Origin: Ramazzottius varieornatus
Lineage: Eukaryota; Animalia; Tardigrada
Direction: 5' to 3'
Assembly: GCA_001949185.1 (NCBI GenBank)
Contig: BDGG01000004.1
Span: 2,071,620 to 2,135,619 of the forward strand
DNA length: 64,000 nucleotides
Positions 26,290 through 37,855 of the stretch are shown here, in pieces. The notes below the pieces were generated by a model. That model made no database searches. It was not told the DNA's origin and saw nothing but the letters and a program-made list of their open reading frames with translations. Numbering within the stretch: the first letter of the stretch is position 1; each line of letters opens with the position of its first letter. Both the position numbers and the translations under genes were made by a program.

Positions 26290-27719
26290 ATGTCCAATCA
26301 TTTTCCCCCTGGTGATTTTGGGAATTTGCGTTCACGATTGGAAAAGCTCGCGTTATCGCAAAATGTAGTGCGGCAAATTTACGGCACCACTAAATCGCTC
26401 ACTAAAAGTTCAAGTAGGAGCGAAAATTTATCTGTCAAGCCGAAATTATTAGACTTTCTTCGGGAAGAGGAACGCCGACATCTTGAGCGGGTCATATCTG
26501 TAAATGATCTTGTTCGAGTTTTACGGAAGAAGCAGCAGCAATGCGAAACCCAGTCTGCTCACACTACGAAAGCCATGCTGGATCGAGGTTTGGATGCATG
26601 CATATGATGTTAACTCTGTATGCGCATTCTGAAAAATAATCTCACGATATACACGTCTGTCGTTCCTTAGTTTACAGACGTCCTCTGCTGTGCGAGATTG
26701 CTAGAGATCCAGAGCTGACGAAAACTTGGAAAGATGAAAGAAGAACTGAGCCGCCCTCTGCCCGTCGTTCTGTTCACGAACCTGATTTTAGGAGTGGCGG
26801 CTATCCAGACAGTCGTACGTTCTCCGTTGCCGTTATATCTGCCTCGTGAATTTGTTTCCAGTTTTATTTTTCACTGTGTTGATGTTTTGACCGGAAAAGA
26901 CCGGTAGTCGGCATGTCTGTCTTTGTAGACCTTGATATGTCACACGGAGATTCCCTACAAGGGTCGGCTCGTCAGTTCAGAAGCAGAACGGCGGATCGTG
27001 AACCACCTCGTTCAGTTTCCTGTGAGCATCCTGGTTATTCAGAGGTGGACAGAAACGACCACCACATTGATCGCCGCGATGATCGAAGACCAAAGCAACC
27101 TTTTCCTACTTCAGTATCCGGTACCAGATGCACGCCGCGTAGGGACCGCTCAATAGAACACACAGCCACAGAATTCGACTCAGAGGAAAGTGTGCTAGCC
27201 GCCCAGGATGACAGAAGCTACCAGGCACCGAGGGACAGAATACCATCGCCCCATCAAAGACCTCGCACCGGTTTCTGTAAAGTCCATGGGTACACTCAGT
27301 CTGCCGACAGAAATCAAAACCGGCCATCGAACCATCCTCTACGGTCTTCGGTAATAAGTCCCGGAAAACAAAGAGGCAGAGAATTGTTTGATGATGACGA
27401 CGCTGAAGACCCGGACGAAAAGTACTCTTACTCTTTTGACTATTCGGAAGAGGTGCAGAGTGATGGACGGCATCACGTCTACCATCGTCACCTGCAGAAC
27501 CATCACAGACATGGAGATCAGCACGATTCACGGTGGCCAACTCGGACACACAAAAATAGGCTACAGGCTGACCCCTCTATTGACTATTCTTATCAGCTTC
27601 CAAACACATCGCTACGGAAAACTAGAAGTGTTCAGGTAGCAGACAAGAACAGAAACATGAGGGATACGAGAAAGTACCGGAGTTCGGAATGGGAATCTGA
27701 CTACGACCGGGGTCCTTGA
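26290..27719 (+). CDS. Uncharacterised 3-exon protein (~410 aa): helical N-terminus, long charged disordered tail
   Basis: Exons ~26290-26588, 26671-26814 and 26929-27719 join in frame through GT-AG introns; no family confidently recognised. Confidence 0.6.
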
Positions 27720-27928
27720 ACAGTTTTATTGGGTTTATTTTCGAAGTCTCTACATTCTACCTGACGTCGAACATCACTTGGGAAAACATTTGCAGATGTA
27801 ATATTACAAAATTACGAGCAACGTGTGATACATCATTTTATGTTTCTTCTTCATGTGAGTCCGTCTTTGAGTCTTTTTATCTTTTTTCAATGTTTCTTAC
27901 CCGTTTGTCTTCACAGTTTTGCTTACTT

Positions 27929-30900
27929 TTAAAGCTTTGTTCGGCCTTTATGGCGACTTTGCGGTCGTGTGTAATCCCCTCCTCCGTGTTTCAGCCATTC
28001 TTCTTGAAAATCCGATTCCAGAATTTCCGCTCCTCTTCGCTGCGTTAGCCCGGTATTCTCCAAGCTGAGCTCAAGCATCTCCGTATCGTCTTTTCCTAGA
28101 TCGAAGGAAATTGACTGACTCAGCGTTCTTGATTAAGTTCCTGATTGATAAAATCTTTAAGTATAGTTTACCTGCAACAAGTAGCACCGGAGGCTTATCG
28201 GAATGAATTTCCATCTGGCGAGCTATCCACGGTCCGTCGAAGTGGGCGTACCACAGACCACGCCTCGTCTGACTGATTCCGTTACTCGTGGAACGCATAA
28301 AAGGAATTCTGAAGTATCGCTGCTCTGACAGCGTTTTGTGAGCTCCATTCGACTTGGTGCCACCCAACAGGTCATCACTGTGTGCTGGAATTACAAAATC
28401 GTTATGTCCGCACAATCAACAGCTTCTTTACCATCCAAAAAAGGTTGATTTCATGATTTCACATACCATTTTCCATGATGGAAGTCGGAGCACGCTGGTC
28501 ATCGTGCTCATGGGGTTTGCGGTTCTTTGCTTTCCATGCGTGATAAACCTTTAGTCTTCGGTGAAACTCTTCCCGACAAGCTTCCAAAAGTTCCAAATCT
28601 ATCGTACTCAAAAAGAGCAATGAGTTATAGAACGTTTCAATCACAAGAAAATTTTCGGATCTGTACCGCATGACGTGTTGATCGCATCACGAAGTTCCGC
28701 GTACTTCCATTTCGCCAAGTCATACTTCTTATTGGCCGCGCTCCGCTGTACGTTCACTGACCTGCAACAGTAAAGTTTTAGCTTCGGTAAGGACCGTGTA
28801 CTGCTGAATGCGGCGAAAACAACATACCTTCGTAGAGATCCCGTATCGTCCACGTGACCCTCCCCTTCCTGAGCCAACCTAATAGCCAGCGCATGGTCCC
28901 TTTCTTCTTGCAGTTCGCGAGTTTGCTGGTCTCCCATCTGTTTTAGCCTTTCTTCGGCCAGTTTAGCCTATAGTAAAACAGCGAAAGATACACATAGCTG
29001 AATTTTTCTGGTAGTTTGAACTGTTTCACCGCAAGTTTCTTGTTGTCCTGTTCCATCAGCCGCGCTCTCTCCTCTTCAATCTTTCGTCTTTCTTCCAGCT
29101 GAATTCGCTGAAGGCGTTCTTCTTCCTCGTCTTTCTTCTTCTTGATATCTGCTTCTCTTCTCTTGCGTTCGTTCTCCATTTCCTCTTGCAGTTTGCGGAT
29201 GCGTTCTTGTTCTTCTTTGGTCTTTTGGGCATGAACGCGCTTCTGTAGGTCGTCCAAGGTTCGTTGAGCAGTATCTTGTATGGCCTTCACGGACACATCA
29301 ATGCTTTTGCCGTCGACTTTACCGTTCTTGATATCGTCTCTCAGTTTTTCAATGGTCTGGGTCAGCCGTATCACCTGATTCAAGGCAGCTTCTCGGTCAA
29401 TCTTCAGCTTTTGCGCCATTTCTTTCATTTCCTCCAGTTGATTGTCGAGCATCCGGAGAGCCTTCAGTCCGAGGATTCGAGGTCGATACTTCTTCATCGC
29501 GAGGTGCTTTCTCAGATGACTTTGCAGCTTGATCAGCGCGGCCCTTCGGTACAGAATCTTGTTTCTCAGCTTCAGTACCGTCCAGGCCACGTATTGAGCT
29601 TTCCGGAACCTTGCGCGAAGCAGCCATTGCTTCACCTTAGCCACAAGTACTGCTAGGTTCTTCGGGTCAGCTTTTAGCATTTGGTCAAACCTGTCACAAA
29701 GAACGTGCAGTATACAAAATATAAACACAATTTAGCTGGGGTGATTGGCTGGTTAACTTACTCTGCAAATTTTCCGGGTTTGAAGAAGACTCTCGTCATG
29801 CCAAACTTGTAGTCTGTGTCGTTCAAGCCAAGTGCTCGAAAAAGGGCTTTGCAGAACAACCTTGGATCCAAGTTGGACAGTCCCTTAGGTAGAAAGTCTT
29901 TGTACATGGCGTACAAATCAGCGAAGTAGCATCGAGATGGATACCCCTGCTGCATCAGTTGCAAGACACTGGTCATTCCGGAACACTGCAGTTGGTTTAA
30001 GATAAGGCCGCCTTCGAAGAGCCCATCCATCATGGACATGTTAGGCTGAAAAGTAAAGCATGAATTGATGAAGGGAAAGCAGGTCATCGTGGCGGGACTC
30101 CCTTACCTTGATACAGCGAATGAATGAAGTTCCGGTGGAATTCAGCTTCTCCATGAGTTGCTTCAGCTGAGTTCGGAATTTGCTTCCGACACTGATGAAA
30201 GTTAGCTTTCCTTGGTTGGTAGACTGGAACATGCCATCTTTCTCGTTCCTGAAAAGGAACTTTAGGTTTTGACTTTCTTGGATCAGAGCTTCCAGTGAAG
30301 CGTGGAGTGCGTCGTTGTTCTTCTCAATGAACTGGCTGGTTTGGTAGCAGACCGCTCCGGCAAAGTGGCGCACTAGAAACCCCTCTTCGTCTCTTAGGTC
30401 CCGGTGTTCTTTTAACTTTGACTTTCGAGGAATGGCCAGCCGGAAGTGGGCTTTGTGACGTGTATGCACCATCTGGGTGAAGTTTTGGCTGTTGGGTTTG
30501 GGTAGCTTGCTCTCCTACAGACCAAAAACTGTGAGGTAGGTATCTTGCTACCTTGACTCGAGCTTTATTGGTCGTACCTCATCGAGCATGTCGAACAACC
30601 CGACGTTCTTCCCTTCGATTAGATCTGTGAATAAAGGACAGACAATATTTTTCCTGTGAGGTTCCTTTCGTCACACTACGCAACAGCAAGGCGCCACCTA
30701 CAGACTGGATTTCGTCTGTCGGTACTTGAGACCGAATCACTTACCAATGCAGTCCGCATTGTCCACAAAGGCAATCTTTCCCACATTCAGTCCCTCTTTC
30801 GCGTAGAGCTCTTGCTCGGATTTCAAGATGCGGTCGTTGAAGAACTGTTGAAGCTTCTCGTTTGCGTAGTTGATGCAAAATTGTTCTATACGTCAAGCAG

Positions 30901-33069
30901 AGCAGTTGAATATTTAACAGTGGCAGTCAGCAATGCTGTGGGGAACTATCGTACCGAAGCTGTTGACAGTGAAAAACTCTGCAAAGCAGAAAACGATTGA
31001 TTGACCTGCAAAAATCCATACTCATTTGGAAAAATTTGATAATTTTGCTTACCGAATCCTGCTATATCAAGGATGCCAATATAATACTGCGAGGCGGAAA
31101 ACGGAATGCATTCGTTGATTTTCGCAACGATAAAGTCGAAGAGGGCTGAATAAATGGCCTTCGCTAGAGCGTCCCTGGCACTGGCCGCTTCATATGGCTT
31201 TAAGTTGACCCTACAAAGCGCAAGTCGTAAGCACAAGGATCTGAAAGTTTTAGTCACACAGTCCGGCCAATTAAGGTCCTGATACCGTATGACAGTTCCC
31301 TTCATGCCACCTCGAGCAGCTTGCACCACTCTACAGGTCAGTGAGTCCTTCATTTCCTCCTTGTCCACGCCAAGCAACGCGCTGGCGACGATCAGAGACT
31401 GGTCTGTATTCTTTGTGATGCGACAACCGTCTTTGGTATCTCCAGCGTCCTCGAAGGCTATATTCCCCAGATGAAGTACCGCCGCAACGGTCGCATAAAC
31501 GAGCAGCTTTTCCTCATCGGTAAGCCCAAGATGACTGCAACAACAGAAGTGTCAGAAACTCGACGTGGGTTGTCTTTACGCGGAAGTGCAGTACCTGAGG
31601 GATCTGTCAGTTATGCTGAAATCTCGAATATCGTCCACGACCGCATCTTGCAGTCCGACTGATTGTAGGCCCCTCGAGGCCAATATCTTTTGATTTGTTT
31701 TACCCGCGAAGAACTTTGTGGCGCCCCGGTTGAGGTACTGGTAGTCGGCTGGGGTGGTCAAGCGGAACTTTGACTTGATCTCGTCAGGTGCGCCCGCCAA
31801 CAGCTGGAAGAAGATGTGGTAGTTCCTTTCGCCTTCGCTCTGCAGACAGATGCGGGACTTTTCCAGAAGATAGTGAGAGATGAAACCTCCCGCCACTTGT
31901 TGCTAAATCATAAAGTCTTAATGTGAGCTTTGTGTGCAACCTACAAACTTGAGCGCACTTCAAGAGGTGGGATGTGACGTGTGGACGCTACCTGCTTGGT
32001 GAAATGGATCTCGACAAATTTCCCGAACCTACTGCTATTGTTATTTCGCATGGTTTTGGCGTTCCCGAAAGCCTCGAGTATCGGGTTCGCTGTAACAGGT
32101 TGAATACGTAAGAGAAAAACAGCAATACGCGCTTTCGGGTACCAGTGTTACACGCTTTGCACTAACCTTCCAAAATTCGCTCCTCGAGCTTCCCGGACTG
32201 AGCGCCCCAAGATTCACAAAGGTATCGAATGATGTACTTGGTTGATTCTGTCTTACCAGCTCCTGCAAAGATCGTCGAAACCTTCTCGTAGATGGAGACA
32301 ATCCCTCAGAAGTCAAATAACGTACCTACCTGATTCACCGCTGACGATTATGCTTTGTGATTGCTTCAGGACCCTCATGTCGCGAAACGATTTGTCAGCT
32401 GAAAAAGGGTAAAGAGACAGACTTATAAGGTGAGTTGTTTTCTTTGAAAGTCGCGCTCGTACCGATTGCGAACACGTGTGGTGGAAGAGTCCCCAGCGAC
32501 ATGCCTTGGTACTGAAAAGCATTTGCGAATGAGAAAGATATCATACGGCGTTGATTGGTCCCGGAATCTGACCTTCTTTATGGCGGCCGGGGAATATAGA
32601 TCCGGAAGTGACTTGTACGGGTTGACCGCAATTAGGATGTTAGCCACGTAGGTGTAAATAAGGTCTTTGGAATATCGCAAACGCAAATTATGCAGTAGCG
32701 TCGCCTCATTAACATGCATAAGTGCACCTAAAACAATTCCACTGATCATCCAAGCAAACACGCAGCTGATACACTCCATTGTTTTTCAATGTCTTACAGT
32801 TGTCATCCACGGTTTTCTTGTCATTGTCTTCCGCGGCAAACACCAGCTCGTACGGCGCCGAAATTTTCTGGAAAACACAGGAAAAGTAAGAGACATTGTA
32901 ATTTATAAAAAGGGAAGTGGCGTTATTCGTGTAACCGACGGACCTTGCCATCCTTTCCGGGTTCGATAAATTCAATGGTGAGCTCGTTCGCCCCGATGTC
33001 CTCGATTCTGCCTAACCGATATCCTTCCACTGGGTCCGGAGCCCAGACTTTCTTCTTGGTATCAAACAT
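27929..33069 (-). CDS. MYO6: Unconventional myosin VI
   Basis: [17 protein letters not shown]; VSGESG|AGKTESTK P-loop; LDIAGF; SAH domain; [17 protein letters not shown] (RRL motif); [17 protein letters not shown] cargo-binding domain. Confidence 0.97.
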
Positions 33070-34686
33070 GCTGACACGTTATTCCCAAACAAGTATTCGC
33101 TTCAGGAGGAATAAACTCAAGTCCTGTTCAAGTGCAGTAGCAGCAAAACGAGGAGTACCTCCCCCTTACTGTCCCCATCCAGTTTGGTACATGGGAGAAA
33201 GGTCCTTCTCAGATTCAGCTCTTAGTGGTCACGGACCCATCGAGATAGTGGCTCATGAGAAATCACGCAGGTGTGATCAAACGGTAGGCAGACATGAAAA
33301 TACTACGTATCCCTTCCTTGAGTTGGTGACTCGGCGATACTCATAAGCCTAGCTAACTGAGCCATATGTACGTCGATAAATTGTGTACACCGATCGACTT
33401 CATTCAAATCCAGAGGCGTGCACAGGTGTAGTGCTATAGCGCTGTGCTGAGTCGGAAGACTATAAAACCTGATAACCAGTTCAAATAGAAGCCTCTACCT
33501 CGTTGCACAAACTCAACGAAAAGTGAGTACGTGGTCGAAAGTGGATCATGCGTGAAACCCTAGTACAACAACATGCCGGCATGCTACTCTTTCAACTACC
33601 TGTGGCCATATGAGGAGCCGCGACAGAAGGCCACTAAAGATTAATTACCATGTTAACAAAGCTCAACCGTGGAAGTGAGCAAACTACAGGTATCGCAGCC
33701 TCGCGGACATCACTGTCTAGAACACGCTGCTCTGTAATAAGCCCATATTCAAATTCAAGCGCGGTAGCCTTGGTTCACTTGCCTCTCGGACCTGATCAAG
33801 TTAGCGCTATTTTCCCCATTGTGAAGATCGCTTCGACCACGCAAACCATACGCGGGCACTGGCGCACAAAGAGCCAATTGGGCGTTTTGGAAACAGATAG
33901 GTCTACAGAGAAAAAAATTTTCACAACCAGAGAGTATTTGGAGAAGGTTCGTGAAGTTTTGAGCCAGGGTTCCCGAAGCCCCGACCGCGGAATGACCGTT
34001 AAGGTGTTCTCTTTTTGTCAGGAACAAGTCCAGCGCACAGGTGCCCGAGGGAAAAGTTCGGCCAGAGCCCTTTTATGATGTGCCGGGCCATGTTCAATGT
34101 GGGAATCCACGTGGACCACCAGCCCTACTCATCAAATCTGTCTCCTGAAAGTAGCCAGGCTAGCTATAAAGCCGGTTTGACGCTTTGATGAATCGGTCTA
34201 GCTCAAAATAAGACGTTGCTCGGCTCTTGTCTGTATTTCGGCTTATCGTCAAGGTCCACCGAGCCACGAACAAAGTCTCACGATCAAAAGTCATCTGCTC
34301 TACGTGTGGTTGTACTCGTGTGAGGAGAACCAGTATGAGATACTGCTCGAAGCATCCACCTTGCATCTACTTAAATTTCGTTATCACATGATGGATTACA
34401 AAAGGGCGGAATCGCGGTACTGTGTCTCAATCTGTCAAGATAAGTTTTTGGACATGAAGTAAATGTGACTTTTCGCAAAGATTAGTTCAATATTACAATA
34501 AAGGAAAAAGAAATATCATAAAAACTATTTTTCTTCAGTTGAGCAAAGTTTTAAACCACAACGTGATGGCTGTAGAAATTTCGAAAAAAGGCGCGCCTAC
34601 TACTAGCAGTACTTATGTTTTTGTGCCATACCGTTGCCGCGCTGACGTCATAGGACCAGATGCTGGACTGCGCTAAGTTGTATGGG

Positions 34687-35919
34687 TCATCTTGGGCACA
34701 TCGCATGTCTGTAGATAACACCTCTTTGTGAGAGAAAGCACCGAGTGAGTCTTATACTTTATGAAGTAAATACCTGCCACCATCTACGGGTAGATTTGCC
34801 CCAGTGATGAACGAAGCGGCATCGCTTGCAAGAAACGTTATGGCATTCGCTACTTCCTCGGCTTCGCCTGGTCGACCGAGTGCATGCGTCGTCTTCGACC
34901 TTTCCAGAAAAGCAGCATAGGCTTGTTCATCCATTCCGCCTCGTTTTTGGAGCTCTGTTATCGTGACCCCGGGGTTCACCGAATTAACACGAACTTGTTT
35001 CGGAGCCTGCAAATCAACACCAACTCGAAGGATGAAATCTTATACAGCATCTGCAGTCTTTAAAGAGCAAACAAACAATTTACCAGTTCCAAAGCAACAC
35101 AACGAGTGAACTGATCCAATGCGCTTTTCGAAATATTGTAGGCAAGAACTCCAGCAAAAGAGCGCAGCCCGTTTACACTGCTGACATTCACTGAAAAGAA
35201 ATAAAACATGTGAAGCCTGAACTCTGATGCGCAACACAAACGTTTCATCAAAAAAGTCTTCGAGCAATTTTGTTAAATCTGACTAACCAATATTCCCCTT
35301 CGAAGCGGCCAAATGTGGAACGCACAGTCTGGTCAGGGCATACACGGATCGGACATTGACGTTCATAACCCGATCGTACTGTTCCATGGAGGTAGTTTCG
35401 ATCGTGCCCGTCTCCAGAACACCTGCGCACCTCAGACTACATTTTCGAAGAAGATAGTAAAGACTGCGTAGATAGAGGAACTCACCTGCGTTGTTCACTA
35501 GGATGTCCAAGCGTCCGTACTTCGCCATGGTCTGCAGCACAATCCCCTCTAAATCATTTTCATCCGTTAGTTCTCCAAGAACCATAAACGGCTCGCCGTG
35601 CTGGGAATGCTTCGTGCCTGCTCAGAGAGGAACTGAGCTGTGAGTTAGGTGAGAATAGTCCGTAACCGAAGATTCCTAGGCTTGAACTTACATTGCCGCG
35701 AAACTTCCGTCAAGTTTTCCATGTTCCTTCCTGTTAGCGACAACCGTGCTCCAGCCTTGGCGAACGCAATACTCGTCGCTGCTCCTGCAAAACTCGAACT
35801 AAGCATCATCCACTCACTATCGAATGGCACAAGCTGAATCTTGTAAGAAGACTATATGCGTGCTCACCGATTCCACTGCTCGCTCCTGTAATCAGGGCAA
35901 CCTTCCCCGCCAGCTGCAT
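34687..35919 (-). CDS. Classical short-chain dehydrogenase/reductase (FabG-like)
   Basis: MQLAGKVALITGASSGIG, LDILVNNAG, YNISK catalytic YxxxK, VRVNSVNPG, ends DGGR|HAMCPR*; multiple spliceosomal introns. Confidence 0.92.
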
Positions 35920-36220
35920 CTTCCCATTTGGATCGCCACGGACTACTGCAGGTGTCACTGGAAGTCTGGCAGTCAGCTCCACTACCAGCTGCGATCCAGG
36001 TTTGGTATCTCTTGACGTCTACAGGAGCACAGCAACTTCTGCAAAAGAACATTAGAGCCTCAAAGAGAATATTGCCACAAAGAAACAACAACATTCAACA
36101 GGTGATATCATAGAGGCTAATCAAGAAAGAACGTGTGCTTAGTCAATCGTTCGTGCTGGTTCGTCCATCTTCATTATCGCAATCTCGGTAATCAATTTTC
36201 CGCTTTGGTGTTTGAACTGG

Positions 36221-36372
36221 AATACCCAAGCGGACTCTGAATCGCAGACTCATCAGACGAAGCCCGAGCTCCAGACAACACGATCCTTTACGCAGAATGA
36301 TTCCCCGATTTTTTCTGATTTTTCTAAATTTTCGACGAATTTTTCTAAGTTTTCGATGAGCCATGAGTCGTG
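36221..36372 (-). repeat. Cassette arm B, copy 2
   Basis: Reverse-complement match to 24280-24421. Confidence 0.9.
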
Positions 36373-36494
36373 ATGACGGATGCGATCAATCAATTCTGTA
36401 CCTAATCATTCGAAGATGTTGGCGTATTGGTTAATACGGAATTAATAATCCTGTCGATAGTACCACTTGGCCGCTCTGCACGATCAACAGGGTA

Positions 36495-37400
36495 TACGTA
36501 GACCGGCCAACCATGGGTCTTGCTACTGTCACTAGATTGATTACCAAAAGTTGACCGTTGGTCTTGCTAGACTGATCACTGGTGCCTGACCATTGTAGCG
36601 AGAATTTCGCACAGGATTTAGAATTGGAAAGTGTCCACGAGTGTACGAGCACGCTGAGTGTATGACTGACAGGGGATTTCCACGAGGTATTAAGCCAGCC
36701 CTGCAGGCGGCGTATCTCGAGAAGTATACAAGCTAAAAGCTGTTAATTTTTCGAGACTCTTTTTCTCCTTCAGTTGAGTTTCGATCAGTAAAGAGCAGTA
36801 CGAACTCCAGCTTTTGCCGGTCTTCTGTAAAGCCTAATCGGCTGTGTTAGAGGTCTACGAGGTCTTTCAATCTTTCTTAGTGGATAAACCTGTCGATGGT
36901 CAGCGAAGGCTGAGGTTCCTGCAGGATCAAAGTCGAGGACGCTTGGTTAAAGCCCTTTGGAATACCGGGATCAACTGGCGGACACTGGCGAGGTAAATCT
37001 CTGAGACGAACGAGTAGCCTACAGGTCCTAAAAAAAGAGAGGATGACTCGTGTGACGGATGGGAAAGTATCAGTGGTGGCTTGTCTGGAAGACTTGGGAA
37101 GTGGGATATTGTACTGAACAACAGGTAGAGCGCCGGCACCATCAGGTTCTCTTTCAACTCGAATATTAAGCTGAAGCTGACGTCCGTTTAAAGTTCCTCG
37201 TTAGTCGGACGATAAGAATTTTTAATCGAGGTGCAGTGTGAATTAACCTACCGCCTGAGGCAGCAATTTTGTTGCAAGCTTTTTGCCGTGGTGAGAGTTA
37301 TTCACGCTACACCATTGGTCTTGCTCGATTGACCATTAGTATTGGTGGGTCGGCCACTGGGTAATACCAGTCTTAGCTAACCGCTAGTGTACCAGGTTGG
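36495..37400 (-). repeat. 35-bp tandem array, copy 2, split by a TG...CA insertion
   Basis: Minus-strand unit (cc)aatggtcaggcaccagtgatcagtctagcaaga (35 bp) with neighbours ccaacggtcaac... and ...aatggtcaatcgagcaaga match the copy-1 unit. Confidence 0.8.
36594..37311. mobile_element. 718-bp TG...CA element with CCAT target-site duplication (solo LTR or non-autonomous Ginger-like element)
   Basis: Ends TGTAGCGAGAAT...ATTCACGCTACA (12-bp inverted termini, 1 mismatch); CCAT at 36590-36593 and 37312-37315; removing it restores the array unit; no convincing ORF. Confidence 0.75.
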
Positions 37401-37531
37401 CTGCTGTAGCAGGTGCTGGTAGTTGCTGGCGATGCTCACGTGGCGTATGTGCTGTAGCTTATATGTGGTCCAATCGCGTACGTACAACAGAAGACTAATG
37501 GGTAGAGACCCCTTTCAGTGCCGAGAAATTT

Positions 37532-37687
37532 TCCTTTGATCTTCCGCCATAAGCTCAGGCTTGCCATTGTTTGCCCGAATGCAAGGGCTTTAGAATGCCT
37601 GAACAGCTTTCTACTATGACTCAAGCGATCTCTGATTCATTCTAAAGCTCCGCTGGAAAGCCAGCCGTTTGGGCGGAGCTCCCGCAA
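37532..37687 (-). repeat. Cassette arm A, copy 2
   Basis: Reverse-complement match to 20846-21000. Confidence 0.9.
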
Positions 37688-37855
37688 TTCAAAAATTTAA
37701 AACCTCTACAAACTTCTCTGCTATCTGCCGTTTTCTCCTTGCCGGGATCTAATTGTCACCTGGTAGGTGCTGCGCGAAAACGCCAAGGTAGGCAGATAGC
37801 CACATGTAACAATGTACACGATCGATAGTGTGTATTTCTAGGACAGCAGTCGGCG

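Noticed and set aside
33350-34600. 142-aa ORF at 33650-34078 and neighbouring ORFs
   Set aside because: No recognisable motifs; most likely myosin VI 5'UTR intron or promoter.
34687-35919. FabG-like SDR (and the EngB-like GTPase at 18940-20615) as bacterial horizontal transfers
   Set aside because: Both are intron-rich and match widespread animal families (GGRHAMCPR-ending SDRs; GTPBP8).
36228-36275. tRNA-Gln in arm B (GGACTCTGAATC...CCGAGCTCC)
   Set aside because: Only an anticodon-loop-like match; no A box or acceptor stem.
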